DNA of 64,000 nucleotides, taken from positions 4,650,001 to 4,714,000 of the forward strand of contig OX597827.1 of assembly GCA_951406725.2 (NCBI GenBank). The letters are read 5' to 3'. Source of the DNA: Octopus vulgaris (taxonomy: Eukaryota). Numbering within the stretch: position 1 is the first letter of the stretch; each line of letters opens with the position of its first letter. Shown one piece after another: positions 38,700 to 50,166 of the stretch. Position numbers and translations under genes: made by a program. The notes below the pieces were generated by a model. It saw nothing but the letters and a program-made list of their open reading frames with translations, was not told the origin of the DNA and did no database searches.

Positions 38700-38915
38700 A
38701 GTGAATGTAGGTGTGTGTGTGTGTGTATCTGTGTCTCCTTGTTTTGACATTGCATGAGAGTTGTAAGTGCATTTTTTTTCCTTCTTTTTTGGGATCTTCT
38801 AAGAAAACATGTTCAGCCACGAGGAAATATTACATTTGCTTAGAAAGAAGTTATAGAAAATCTGCCTCAAATTCCATCTGCCTCATGCAAGCAAGGAGAA
38901 GTGAATGCTACAATT

Positions 38916-38959
<44 letters not shown>

Positions 38960-39256
38960 ATGCATGTATGCGTCTATGTATGTGGATATATATATATATA
39001 TATATGTAGGTATATATATGTATATGTATATGTATATATACATATATATATGTATATATGTGTGTGTGTATATATATATATACATATACATATATATATA
39101 TATATGTGTGTGTGTATATATATGTATATATATGTGTGTGTGTGTATATATATATGTATATATATATGTGTGTGTGTGGATATGTGTATATATATATATA
39201 TATATGTATGCATATATGTGTGTATATATATCTATATGTATATATGTGTGTGTAGA

Positions 39257-39301
<45 letters not shown>

Positions 39302-39377
39302 GCACACGCATATATATATGTAAATGTGTGGTTATATGTATATATACATATATATATATGTGTGTGTGTATGTGGAT

Positions 39378-39408
<31 letters not shown>
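38700..39408. repeat. Old SINE tail followed by (GAT)n and a long TA/TG microsatellite
   Basis: Direct reading; explains the 232-253 aa low-complexity ORFs. Confidence 0.85.
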
Positions 39409-39887
39409 GGAAAGAGGGTTTGAAAATGTAGAGGCCTTTTAAAGATGTTTATTGACATGACTGGTTTCACTTTTAAAAAAAAGATTATCAAATAAAATGC
39501 AAAGCTTTGTATACGCTTTGCTGTGTTAAAAATGGTTAAAATACAGCCATACAGTCTTTGATAATGATAAGAAAATGTTATTGATGTGTTAAATGAAATT
39601 TGGCAACCAAGGATCGAATCCATGCTATGCCTGCACGAAGCCACTACAAATATGTTGTGGAGTTAAAATTTTTTCTACTGTCATGGAAAAAGTGTAACTG
39701 TAAAAATGCAGAATTATCAGAGTAATGCGCATTCAAAAAGGTATGTATGTATAGAAACGTATGAATGAAATCTTTAATATTTAAGATTCAAATGAAGGAA
39801 GTGCAATAATAATGTTTAGCAGTTCAAAACTGTGAGTAGTGAAATGCAGAACTAGGTTGGCTGATCGTTAAAGTCTGAAGGTGGTAT

Positions 39888-40375
39888 GGGTTATTTCCCT
39901 TGGGTTGATTACATAAAATATTAGTAATAGATAGTAGATAGAAGGATCCATTGGAAGGGCCCTATTATTGATATTTTTCAACAATCTAAGTATGTCCTGA
40001 GGTTTCCAGACATGAGTTCTACTCATGTGTCAAATAAAGTATAAAAGTAATATTGTCTGCAAAAATTAGAAAAGGGACACACAAAAAATCAATATTCAAA
40101 GTAATTGAGCTTAAACAATGAAATGGGTTATTTCCCTTGAGTGTTTAAAAATTATATTGTACAGGTGCTGTGGGTTATTTTCCTTGGGTGTTTAAAAATA
40201 AAAATTAGTTATATGGGGTAGATATAAAGGTCCCTTCCAGGCACTATATTATCAACTTTTACAACACTTAAAGAATGTCATGAGGTTTCCAGTCATGAGT
40301 TCCACTCAGGTGGCAAGTTTCATCAAAATCAATAAAACGATATAGGAGGAGTTAGCTAACGACACCACAAACATA
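39888..40375. repeat. Diverged internal direct repeats (GGGTTATTTCCCTTG x3; TGAGGTTTCCAG.CATGAGTTC x2), probable non-autonomous rolling-circle-type element
   Basis: 39888-40035 is similar to 40171-40330; ends AAGTTTCATCAAAATC..GGAGGAGTTAG before a microsatellite. Confidence 0.5.
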
Positions 40376-40403
40376 TATATGTATATATATATGTGTGTGT
40401 GTG

Positions 40404-40471
<68 letters not shown>

Positions 40472-40472
40472 C

Positions 40473-42075
40473 ATCATCATCATCATTTAACTTCTGCTTT
40501 CCATGCTAGCATGGGTTGGACGATTTGACTTACGACTGGCGAACCAGATGTCTGCACCAGGCTCCAATCTGATCTGGCAGAGTTTCTACAGTTGGATGCC
40601 CTTCCTAACGCCAACCACTCCGAGAGTGTAGTGGATGCTTTAACGTGCCACCGGCACGAGGGCCTGTCAGGCGGTACTGGCATCAGCCACGCTCAAATGG
40701 TGTTTTTTACGTGCCACCTGCACAGGAGCCAGTCCAGCGGTACTGGCAACTATCTCACTCAAATGTTTTTTCACGTGCCACCGGCACAAGTTCCAATGAG
40801 TCGACGCTAATAATGATCATGCTTGAATGGTGCTTTTTATGTGCCACCCGCATGGAAGCCTGTTAGCTGCTTTGGCAACGATTACGCTTGGATGGTGCTC
40901 TTGGCGCTCCACTGGCACAGATGCCAGTCATCAAATTTGATTTCGATTTCGATTTCACTTGCCTCAACAGGTCTTCGCAAGCAGAGTTTAGTGTCCAATG
41001 AAGGAAAGGTATGCATAAGTGGACTGGTTATACCCCTGCATAGGCCATGGGGTTATGGTCTCACTTGGCTTGCTGGGTCTTCTCAGGCACAGCATATTTC
41101 CAAAGGTCTCGGTCACTAGTCATTACCTCGGTGAGGCCTAATGTTCGAAGGTCATGCTTCACCACATCATCCCAGGTTTTCCTGGGTCTACCTCTTCCAC
41201 AGGTTCCCTCTACAGGTTGTGGTACTTTTTCACACAGCTATCCTCATCCATTTTTGCCACATGATGATACCACCACAGTCGTCTCTCTTGCACACCACAT
41301 CTGATGCTTCTTATGTCCAACTTTTCTCTCAAGGCACTTACACTCTGTCGAGTATGCACACAGACATTACACATCCATCGGAGCATACTGGCTTCATTTC
41401 TTGTGAGCTTACGCATGTCCTCAGCAGTCATGGCCCATGTTTCATTGCCATGTAGCATGGCTGTTCGTACACATGCATCATACAGTCTACCTTTTACTCT
41501 AAGTGAGAGGCCCTTTGTCACCAGCAGAGGTAAGAGCTCTCTGAACTTAGCCCACGCTATTCTTATTCTAGCAGCTACACTTTCAGCACACCCTACCCAA
41601 CTACTGACTCGGTCACCTAGGTAATGGAACTATCAACTACTTCTAGTTTTTCTCCCTATGTGGCAGAAGTTGTTCTCTGCACATTTTCAGTGTTTATTGC
41701 TCCTGAGCACTGCCACATACAAAAGCTATCTTCCTAGTTAGCCTTCCTCTGATATTGCTGCACCTCTTATGTGTCCATAGCTTACACTGGGTACATCTTA
41801 TAGAGTTTCTACCTACACCTTTTCTACAGATCGAGAAGGGCCATCTACCTGAAGGGATTTGTGGTTTGTCTGTCTTCCTAATTATTAAGACTTTGGTTTT
41901 AGCTAGATTGACTCTAAGGCCCTTCTATTCTAATCCTTGATTCCACACCTGAAACTCCTCCTCTAGTTCTGATAGTGACTCAGCAATTAGAGCAAGGTCG
42001 TCAGCATAGAGGAGCACCCAAGGGTATCGTGTCTCTTGAACTCCTCTGTTATTGCCTGGAAGACTTTGATAAATA
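40473..42075 (-). mobile_element. RTE-clade LINE, 5'-truncated (RT YADD motif to 3' tail)
   Basis: LLYADDLALIAES..; KGLSLRVKGRLYDACVRTAMLHGNETW..RRLWW; (CAT)n at 40473 is the tail. Confidence 0.93.
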
Positions 42076-42099
42076 AGAGGGGGCTGAGGACTGGCATAT

Positions 42100-42133
<34 letters not shown>

Positions 42134-42373
42134 AATATATTAAATTAAAGACAAAACCACTATTAGGCAAATCAAACAATGAAAAACTAAAGCCAATACA
42201 TAAGATTATTTAATTTATATTATTTAAATATATATGTATATATATATACACATATATATATATACATATATATATATATATGTATATGCATATGTGTGTA
42301 TATATATATATATGTATATGTGTGTATATATATATATATGTATATGTGTATATATATATATATATGTATATTC

Positions 42374-42415
<42 letters not shown>

Positions 42416-42468
42416 TTGTGTATATATTTATATTTATATATATATATTGATATGTCTGTATATGTGTG

Positions 42469-42499
<31 letters not shown>

Positions 42500-42769
42500 A
42501 TATGTCTATATATGTGTGTGATGACATATAAATGCTTATGTATAAGTGTACTTATATGGCATGTGCTACATGTATGTGTTCTGCATATGAGTAGTGTGTG
42601 TGTGATATGATATATATATACATATCATATCGTTTTCACATTTACTTTTCCATGTTTTCATGAGTCACATGGAATTTGTTGAAGCAGATTTTCTATGGTT
42701 GGGTGCCCTTCCTCTTACCAACTGTTTTCAAGGACTTTCCTTGACTTTCAGAGATACCTTCACAATTCA

Positions 42770-43345
42770 AAGAATGGCAGAAATAGAAATATTCCATTTG
42801 TAGTCATTCACAATGCCAAAAACTACAACTTGTATATGGTTAAATGAGCAATACCTTCCAATTCTATACCAGTCAACAAATTTAGGAAACTTATAGCCTC
42901 AAATTATTGATATTTGAAGACAACCACCAAATATTAAAAGAGTTTTGACAAAGATGCATCAGGAGATGAAATAATACAGGTACAAAAAAATGTAAAAACC
43001 CACATTGTGGAATATGTGAACTGATTGAAAAGAGCGAAACCTGAACTTTCAAGAATGGCAAGGAATTAAGTGTTCTGCAAATATGAATTACAAAATGAAA
43101 AATCTCATTTACTGCATCGTTTGTCTACAATGCAATTGAAAGTACATAGGCCAAACGATCAAAATTAAGTGAAAGGGTTAGGGTGCATAAGTAACAAATC
43201 AGATTTGACCTGTTAGAAATGTTGCATGTAGTGAATGTTTAAACATTTGTGCAAACAGAAAATGCAAAATAAAGGAAGAAATTATGAAAGGCAAAAGAGA
43301 ATACTTTATAAGAATTCTAAATCTGGAACTGAACCACAAATAGTG
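42770..43345 (+). pseudogene. Third Penelope-like remnant (Cys-containing linker + GIY-YIG)
   Basis: IPFVVIHN..RQPPNIKRVLT..KCKNPHCGIC..NLIYCIVCLQCN*KYIGQT..LSERVRVHK. Confidence 0.78.
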
Positions 43346-43896
43346 AAAACCATTGTTAAATGCTACTTCTGTACAAATTGCATCATGTGGGTGTTTGAAA
43401 AGTCCTCTAATTAAACACATCATATCTTCCTTAATACTTCAATTAAATCTGCCCACTAAGATAACCTATCTGTTATACTGTTATCAATGATCTACATTTC
43501 CTCTCTCTTTCTGTCACATTTACGTATTTCTCTCCTACATACACTCTACTCTGCTGTTGAATATTCTGTATATACAAAAACTTCTTTCCTTAAAAGGTCT
43601 TTGTTAATCTCCTTTTCTAATAATTTTAAAGATTTATTTTTATATAATTGATAATTTTTAATTTAAGAAAACCTTCCAAATGTTTGGGCATATCAAGGAT
43701 GTTTCCTAAAAGGTTTTTTAAAAACCTTACACACACACACAAATGTATGTGTTGTGTGTGTATCATCATCTTCATCATAGCTTTTATGGCTACACTTCCA
43801 TGCTTGTATAGAGGGGACAAAATTTGTCAAGGCAGATGCCCTCCCTCTCACCATTCCCCACATATTTCCAAGCAGTGTTTTTGGGCAAGAGTTTCC

Positions 43897-44373
43897 TGCT
43901 ATAGCCCCAGGCCGACCAATGCCTTGTGAGTGGATTTGGTAGACGGAAACTGAAAGAAGCCTGTCGTATATATATATATGTGGAGTGGTTGGCGTTAGGA
44001 AGGGCATCCAGCTGTAGAAACACTGCCAGATCAGACTGGAGCCTGGTGCAGCCCTGGCTTCCCAGACTCTGGTCGAACCGTCCAACCCGTGCTAGCGCAG
44101 AAAATGGACGTTAAACGATGATGATGATGATGATGATGATGGTTAGTGTGTGTATGTGTTTGTGTGTCTGTGTTTGTCCACCTAGCATTGCTTGACAACC
44201 GCTGCTGGTGTGTTTACGTCCCCATCACTTAGCGGTTCGGCAAAAGAGACCGATAGAATAAGTACTGGGCTTACAAAGAATAAGTCCCGGGGTCGATTTG
44301 CTCGACTAAAGGTGGTGCTCCAGCATGGCCGCAGTCAAATGACTGAAACAAGTAAAAGAGAGTAAAAGAGAGT
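43897..44373 (+). mobile_element. 5'-truncated major SINE carrying an RTE-tail insertion (43979-44141)
   Basis: SINE body interrupted at its internal microsatellite by GGAGTGGTTGGCGTTAGG..(GAT)n. Confidence 0.9.
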
Positions 44374-44496
44374 AATCCTTCAAATGGTCAGATGTGATTT
44401 TGTGGAATTTTGAATGATATTACTTGTAATTCAGTGAAAGTTGTTGACGACTATATTGTATTGTTCAATGTAAAGTGAAAACACACACACACATAT

Positions 44497-44900
44497 ACTC
44501 TTTTACTCTTTTACTCTTTTACTTGTTTCAGTCATTTGACTGCGGCCATGCTGGAGCACCACCTTTAGTCGAGCAAATCGACCCCAGGACTTATTCTTTG
44601 TAAGCCCAGTACTTATTCTATCGGTCTCTTTTGCCGAACGGGGACATAAACACACCAGCATCGGTTGTCAAGCAATGCCAGGGGGACAAACACAGACACA
44701 CAAACACACACACATACACATATATATATATACATATATACGACAGGCTTCTTTCAGTTTCCGTCTACCAAATCCACTCACATGGCATTGGTCGGCCTGG
44801 GGTTATAGCAGAAGACACTTGCCCAAGATGCCATGCAGTGGGACTGAACCCGGAACCATGTGGTTGGTTAGCAAGCTACTTACCAAACAGCCACTTCTGC
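44497..44900 (-). mobile_element. Major SINE, full length
   Basis: Reverse complement of the family; tail-to-tail with 43897-44373. Confidence 0.93.
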
Positions 44901-45386
44901 GTACATATATAAACAATGGGGCTCTTTCAGATCCTCTAAGCCAAATCCACTCATAAGGCTTTGGTCTGCTTGGGGTTATAGTATTTTGTGTATATAAAAG
45001 TGCAGGTATGACTATGATTAATAAGTTTAGTTTCCAATCACATGCTTTTGGCTCCAGTTCCACTAATGGTCTAGTGTCTTTGGTCAAGTGTCTTTTACTG
45101 TAGCCCAAAGCTGAAAAAAGCCTGATGAGTGAATATGGTCAGCACAAACTAAAAGAAGGAAGAATGTTCTAAGTCTTTTATAAGCTAAATATACAGAATA
45201 TACAACAGTAGAGTAGAGTGCATTTAAGAGAGAAATATGTAAATGTGACAAAAAGAGAAAGAGGAAATGTAGACCATTGACAACAGTATAACAGATAGGT
45301 TATTGTAGTGGGCAGATTTAATTAAAGTATTAAGGAAGATATGATGTCTTTAATTAGAAGATTTAAATTGAAAAAAATTAGTAATC

Positions 45387-46510
45387 AGTTGACTAGAGCA
45401 TGGTCTCTGTATGATCAAAACTGTTACATTAGAGAACTACTTTTATTTGAAAAGACATTAAATGGCAGTAGGAATCATTCTTATTGACTGTTTCCAAGTA
45501 TTTGATTTGAGAAACCATTTGAAATATCTGAGGGCTTTAAGATGAATTTTGGTGAAGAGAAATTTGGAAACAATACTCTTTACTCTCTTTTACTTGTTTC
45601 AGTCATTTGACTGCGGCCATGCTGGAGCACCGCCTTTAGTCGATCAAATCGACCCTGGGACTTATTCTTTGTAAGCCCAGTACTTATTCTATCGGCCTCT
45701 TTTGCCGAACCGCTAAGTGATGGGGACGTAAACACACCAGCATCGGTTGTCAAGCGATGTTGATCGGACAAACACAGACACACAAACATGCACACACATA
45801 TATACATATATATGCATATATACGACGGGCTTCTTTCAGTTTCTGTCTACCAAATCCACTCACAAGGCTTTGGTCGGCCCGAGGCTATAGCAGAAGACAC
45901 TTGCCCAAGGTGCCACGCAGTGGGACTGAACCTGGAACCATGTGGTTGGTAAGCAAGCTACTTACCACACAGCCACTCCTGCGCCTATATTTCATAACTT
46001 TTAGAAATACACATTATACATGACCTGTTGGAATAGTTATAAGGTTTAGCAAACATATTAATCTCCACTTGATTTCGTAGCTTTTGTGTGTGCGTGTGTG
46101 TGTGTGTAAGAGAGAGAGAGAGAGTGTGTGTGTGTGTGTAATTGTGCAAGAATGGCTCTGTGATTAAGAAGCTTACTTTGCTGCTACATTGGGTTTGAGT
46201 TTGAGATCGCTGCATGATACCTAATAACTAAAACTATGACTTCAAATGAAAATTAATATCTTTACCAAACCTTATAACTATTTCTCGTCGTGTATACTGT
46301 GCAATTTTGCGAGTTAGGAAATATTGTTTCCAAATCTTTCTTCACCGAAGTCCAGTTCAAAAGTCTCAAATATTTCAATGGTTTCTCAAACCACATACTT
46401 GAAAATAGTCAATAAGAATGATTTCCACTTCAATATATGATGTCTTTTTCAAATAAAAGTAATTCATTAATGTGGCTGTATTGATCATAAACACTATGCT
46501 CTATCCAACT
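45387..46510. mobile_element. Old foldback element with ~280-bp inverted arms; left arm split by a SINE
   Basis: 45387-45574 plus 45987-46078 match the reverse complement of 46238-46510 (e.g. AATCATTCTTATTGACT / AGTCAATAAGAATGATT). Confidence 0.8.
45574..45985 (-). mobile_element. Major SINE, full length
   Basis: Reverse complement of the 13067 family. Confidence 0.94.
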
Positions 46511-46515
46511 TACAC

Positions 46516-46594
46516 GCGTGTGCGTTGTGTGTGAGTGTGTGTGTGTGTGTGAGTGTGTGTGTGTGTTGTGTGTGTGAGTGAGTGTGTGTGTGTT

Positions 46595-46645
<51 letters not shown>

Positions 46646-46664
46646 TGTGTGTGAGTGTGTGTGT

Positions 46665-46741
<77 letters not shown>

Positions 46742-46754
46742 TGTGAGTGTGTGT

Positions 46755-46791
<37 letters not shown>

Positions 46792-46828
46792 TGTATGTTG
46801 TGTGTGTGTATGTGTTGTGTGTGAGTGT

Positions 46829-46861
<33 letters not shown>

Positions 46862-46874
46862 TGTGTGTGTGTGT
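46516..46874. repeat. Imperfect (GT)n microsatellite
   Basis: Direct reading. Confidence 0.97.
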
Positions 46875-47769
46875 ACACAAATGTAAACGTTAAAATGGTG
46901 GAAGTGATGGAAACTGGTTTGTACACCTACATCTGGGTCTCTCCCTCATTGGCTTCCTTTTCAATCTTCATTTGCACCTCCACTGCTTTTTCATTATTCT
47001 CTCATCTTTCCATTACTATCCTATTCACTGTGCCATGTTTATCTGTTTGAGAAGGAATTAATAAGGAATCTGTCCGTATTCCATTTACCCCTACCTTCCT
47101 GCCACCAGCCACATCACTCTTCTAACCTTTCTGTCTCTTAAATCAAGATGCTTGTGTGACAAATGATTGTATCAGATCTGTTAATGTCCAACATACCCCT
47201 ACCATCGCTTCTCTGTAATGCTAGCCATCACACTCTCTCCTCAAGGTCACTCACTATTGATATCCATCTATCTCTTGTACCATTGCCCAGCCCCTTCTTA
47301 TGGCTGTCCATTATTTACTTTCTTCACCAGCAATCTTCACCATTTTGCTCTTCTAGCCATCACTCTCTCTCTTTCTCTCTCTCCCAAGTTACTCATTATT
47401 GACATCCGTCACTTTCTTGCTCTCTTTCTTACCTGCAAGAATAGCTGTCATCATGCTATCAACTATTTTTCTTCTTCGCTCCCTGCTATTACTGTTGTGT
47501 TTCCTACATTACTTTCTCCTCCAACATCATAACATCATATTCCCACTTACTTTACCTTCTCAACGAAACTCACCTCCTGTCATCATCCCTCTTTCTTTCA
47601 TTCACCAGGTCACATTGCCTGAATAGTGGGAGACAATGTAAAGTAGTTGAGGGTTGTTTAGTCTTGTGATGTACAATGCAACCTCACTGGTATTCTGATA
47701 AAATGCACCCAGTGGACTCTGTAGAGTGTTAGGGAAGATGTGGGGAGTCTAGAGTTGAGAGGACTGTTT

Positions 47770-47955
47770 AAATAATAATAATAATATTGAAATTATTGTA
47801 TACAGTGCTCAGGTGAACCACAACTTGTCAGAAAGTGCATATAAAGTACATGCAGTAATGTAAAAATGTCTGGAAAGTGAACAATGTATGAGTCAGATAC
47901 ATGCTTGTGTATGTATGGAGGGGAGAAAATCAGGTGTAGTGTAGGTGAATCTCTT
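47770..47955 (-). mobile_element. Probable LINE 3' tail fragment ending in (TAT)n
   Basis: Reverse complement ends GTTCACCTGAGCACTGTATACAATAATTTC..TATTATTAT; family not assignable. Confidence 0.4.
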
Positions 47956-49139
47956 AGTTTTGTTGAGGATATAAAAGTGTTGGTATGATAAAATACACAT
48001 GGAAACTTTGTTAAAAGGTTGGTGTTGAAAACAATGTCTATCAGTAGAAGCCAATCTAAAAGTAAAATGTACAAGTTAAATGTGTTATGCCAACCTAAGA
48101 AGGTAGTAATTCCAATTAAGATCTGATTTGGATGTTCTGACCAATAAATTGTGGGAAGATAATGATGATGCCACCCACACATATACTCATACATAAAAAT
48201 GTATGTATGTATATACACTTCTTTTTAAAAAAATTATAAAACAACTTTAGAGTAGACTTGAAATTATAACAACAGGAAAGTTTTTCTTGACCTCAAAAAT
48301 ATACATTATGGAATGGAGAACAAAGAAAAGAAATAGACAAACATTTTGAAGAATGAAGAGTTGAAACAAAGAATTTGAAAAAATAAATAATAATCTAAAT
48401 TGGACAGATAGCAGGTCTTCTTTTTATGTAAAGAACCCCCAAAATGCAAAGTATTTCAGATCTTATATCTGTTATTGAACAAATGCCCTGATATAATTTT
48501 TTGCATATAGATTTTTATAAATTTCAGGATGGTTCAGTTTAAAAGTTTGAAATTAGAATAATTCATGTGTCTACTTACATAAAAAATCTGAGATCCACTG
48601 TAAAATCCATTTCTGAGGAGTCAATTTTGAAGATGTTTTTAATAAGTAAGTCCGAGGAAAAGTGCTAACTTGAGACAATACAATAAGATCTGACACAACT
48701 TTGTCAAATCTGTTGTACCAGTTACCATCACAGCTCTTAATATTCCTTATTAACGGTATTCAGGGTGCTGCATCAACATCAGCAAGCCTAAAAATGTAAA
48801 AAATTTTCAATATATTATAAATTTCTAAACTGCAACAAAAAACAGTTTAATCAACTTTGTTGGAGCAAATATGATGCATTCTCGGCAATATGAAATACAT
48901 ACAAGCATTAGACTTTTAGATTCTGTTTCCAAAACAAGGCACTTTCTATCAAGTTGTGTGACAATGTCAAAAAGTTTTTGTGACTAAGCCAGCATAAGAA
49001 ACAAAATATGGAAGTTTGTGAACAAACCTGTATAGCTGATTGGATGAGTGTACTATGAGGTGAACTAGAAAGGTCACTATAATCTCATAGGCTTTTTGAA
49101 AGCTTGCTAATATTTGAAGAATATAACAATAAGTATATG

Positions 49140-49369
49140 TATTTCTTTACTACTCACAAGGGGCTAAACACAGAGAGGACATACAAGGACAGACAAACGG
49201 ATTAAATCGATTATATCGACCCCAGTGCGTAACTGGTACTTATTTAATCGACCCCGAAAGGATGAAAGGCAAAGTCGACCTCGGCAGAATTTGAACTCAG
49301 AACGTGACGGCAGACGAAATACGGCTACGCATTTCGCCCGGCGTGCTAACGATTCTGCCAGCTCGCCGC
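49140..49369 (-). mobile_element. SINE family B
   Basis: Reverse complement of 13690-13924. Confidence 0.92.
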
Positions 49370-49855
49370 GATGAACTTAGGTGTTTCGTATATCAATAGG
49401 TTGTTTAGGAAATTAACTACTACAAATTTCAAATGAAACACTGACAACCTGAAGAAAAGGAAAAAGTGGAATGTTAAATTTGCGAGTATTAATTTTTTTC
49501 CTGATTAAATACAAGACCAGTGCTTACTACTCATGTAAATTTGTTCTTGAATCTATATACATAAATAATGGCCATCTGCTTGATAGGCAAGAATTCATTG
49601 ACCAATGCTACAAGCACAGGCTCATTGATGTTCCGTGTAAGGCTTCTCTGTTTTCTATTGGCTTTACAACAGTCTTTACTTTTTCTGTATTTGTTAACTT
49701 AATCAATACTCCTGTTTCTCTTTTCACAATCACCATTTTTCGATCTCCCACTCACTCTCTCTATAAAACACACTACCTGATCCTTCGTTTACAAAATTAC
49801 ATTATTCTTGTATTCTATTCCTATTCACATTTACTTCACAAACATTAAACTTTAG

Positions 49856-50166
49856 GTGGAGGCACATGGCCTAGTGGTTAGAGCAGTGGACTCGCGGTCG
49901 AGGGATCGCGGGTTCGAATCTCAGACCGGACGATGTGTGTGTTTATGAGTGAAACACCTAAGCTCCACGCAGCTCTGGTAGAAGGTAATGGAAAAACTTC
50001 TGCTGACTCTTTTGCCACAACTTTCTCTCACTCTTTCCTCCTGCATCTTGCAGCTCACCTGCAATGGACCGGTGTTCTGTCCAGATGGGGAACCTATATG
50101 CCAAGAGACTGGGAAACCGGCCCTTATGAGCCAGGCATGGCTCAAGAAGGAACAAACAACAACAAC
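49856..50166 (+). mobile_element. tRNA-derived SINE (head shared with 2808-3201, tail shared with 36416-36668)
   Basis: GGTTCGAATC box B, (AAC)n tail, TSD AAACTTTAGGT at 49847-49857 and 50167-50177. Confidence 0.9.

Noticed and set aside
40626-40925. CRISPR-like repeat/spacer periodicity
   Set aside because: Eukaryotic context, no cas genes, lies in an RTE 3' UTR, repeats are degenerate and spacers resemble each other
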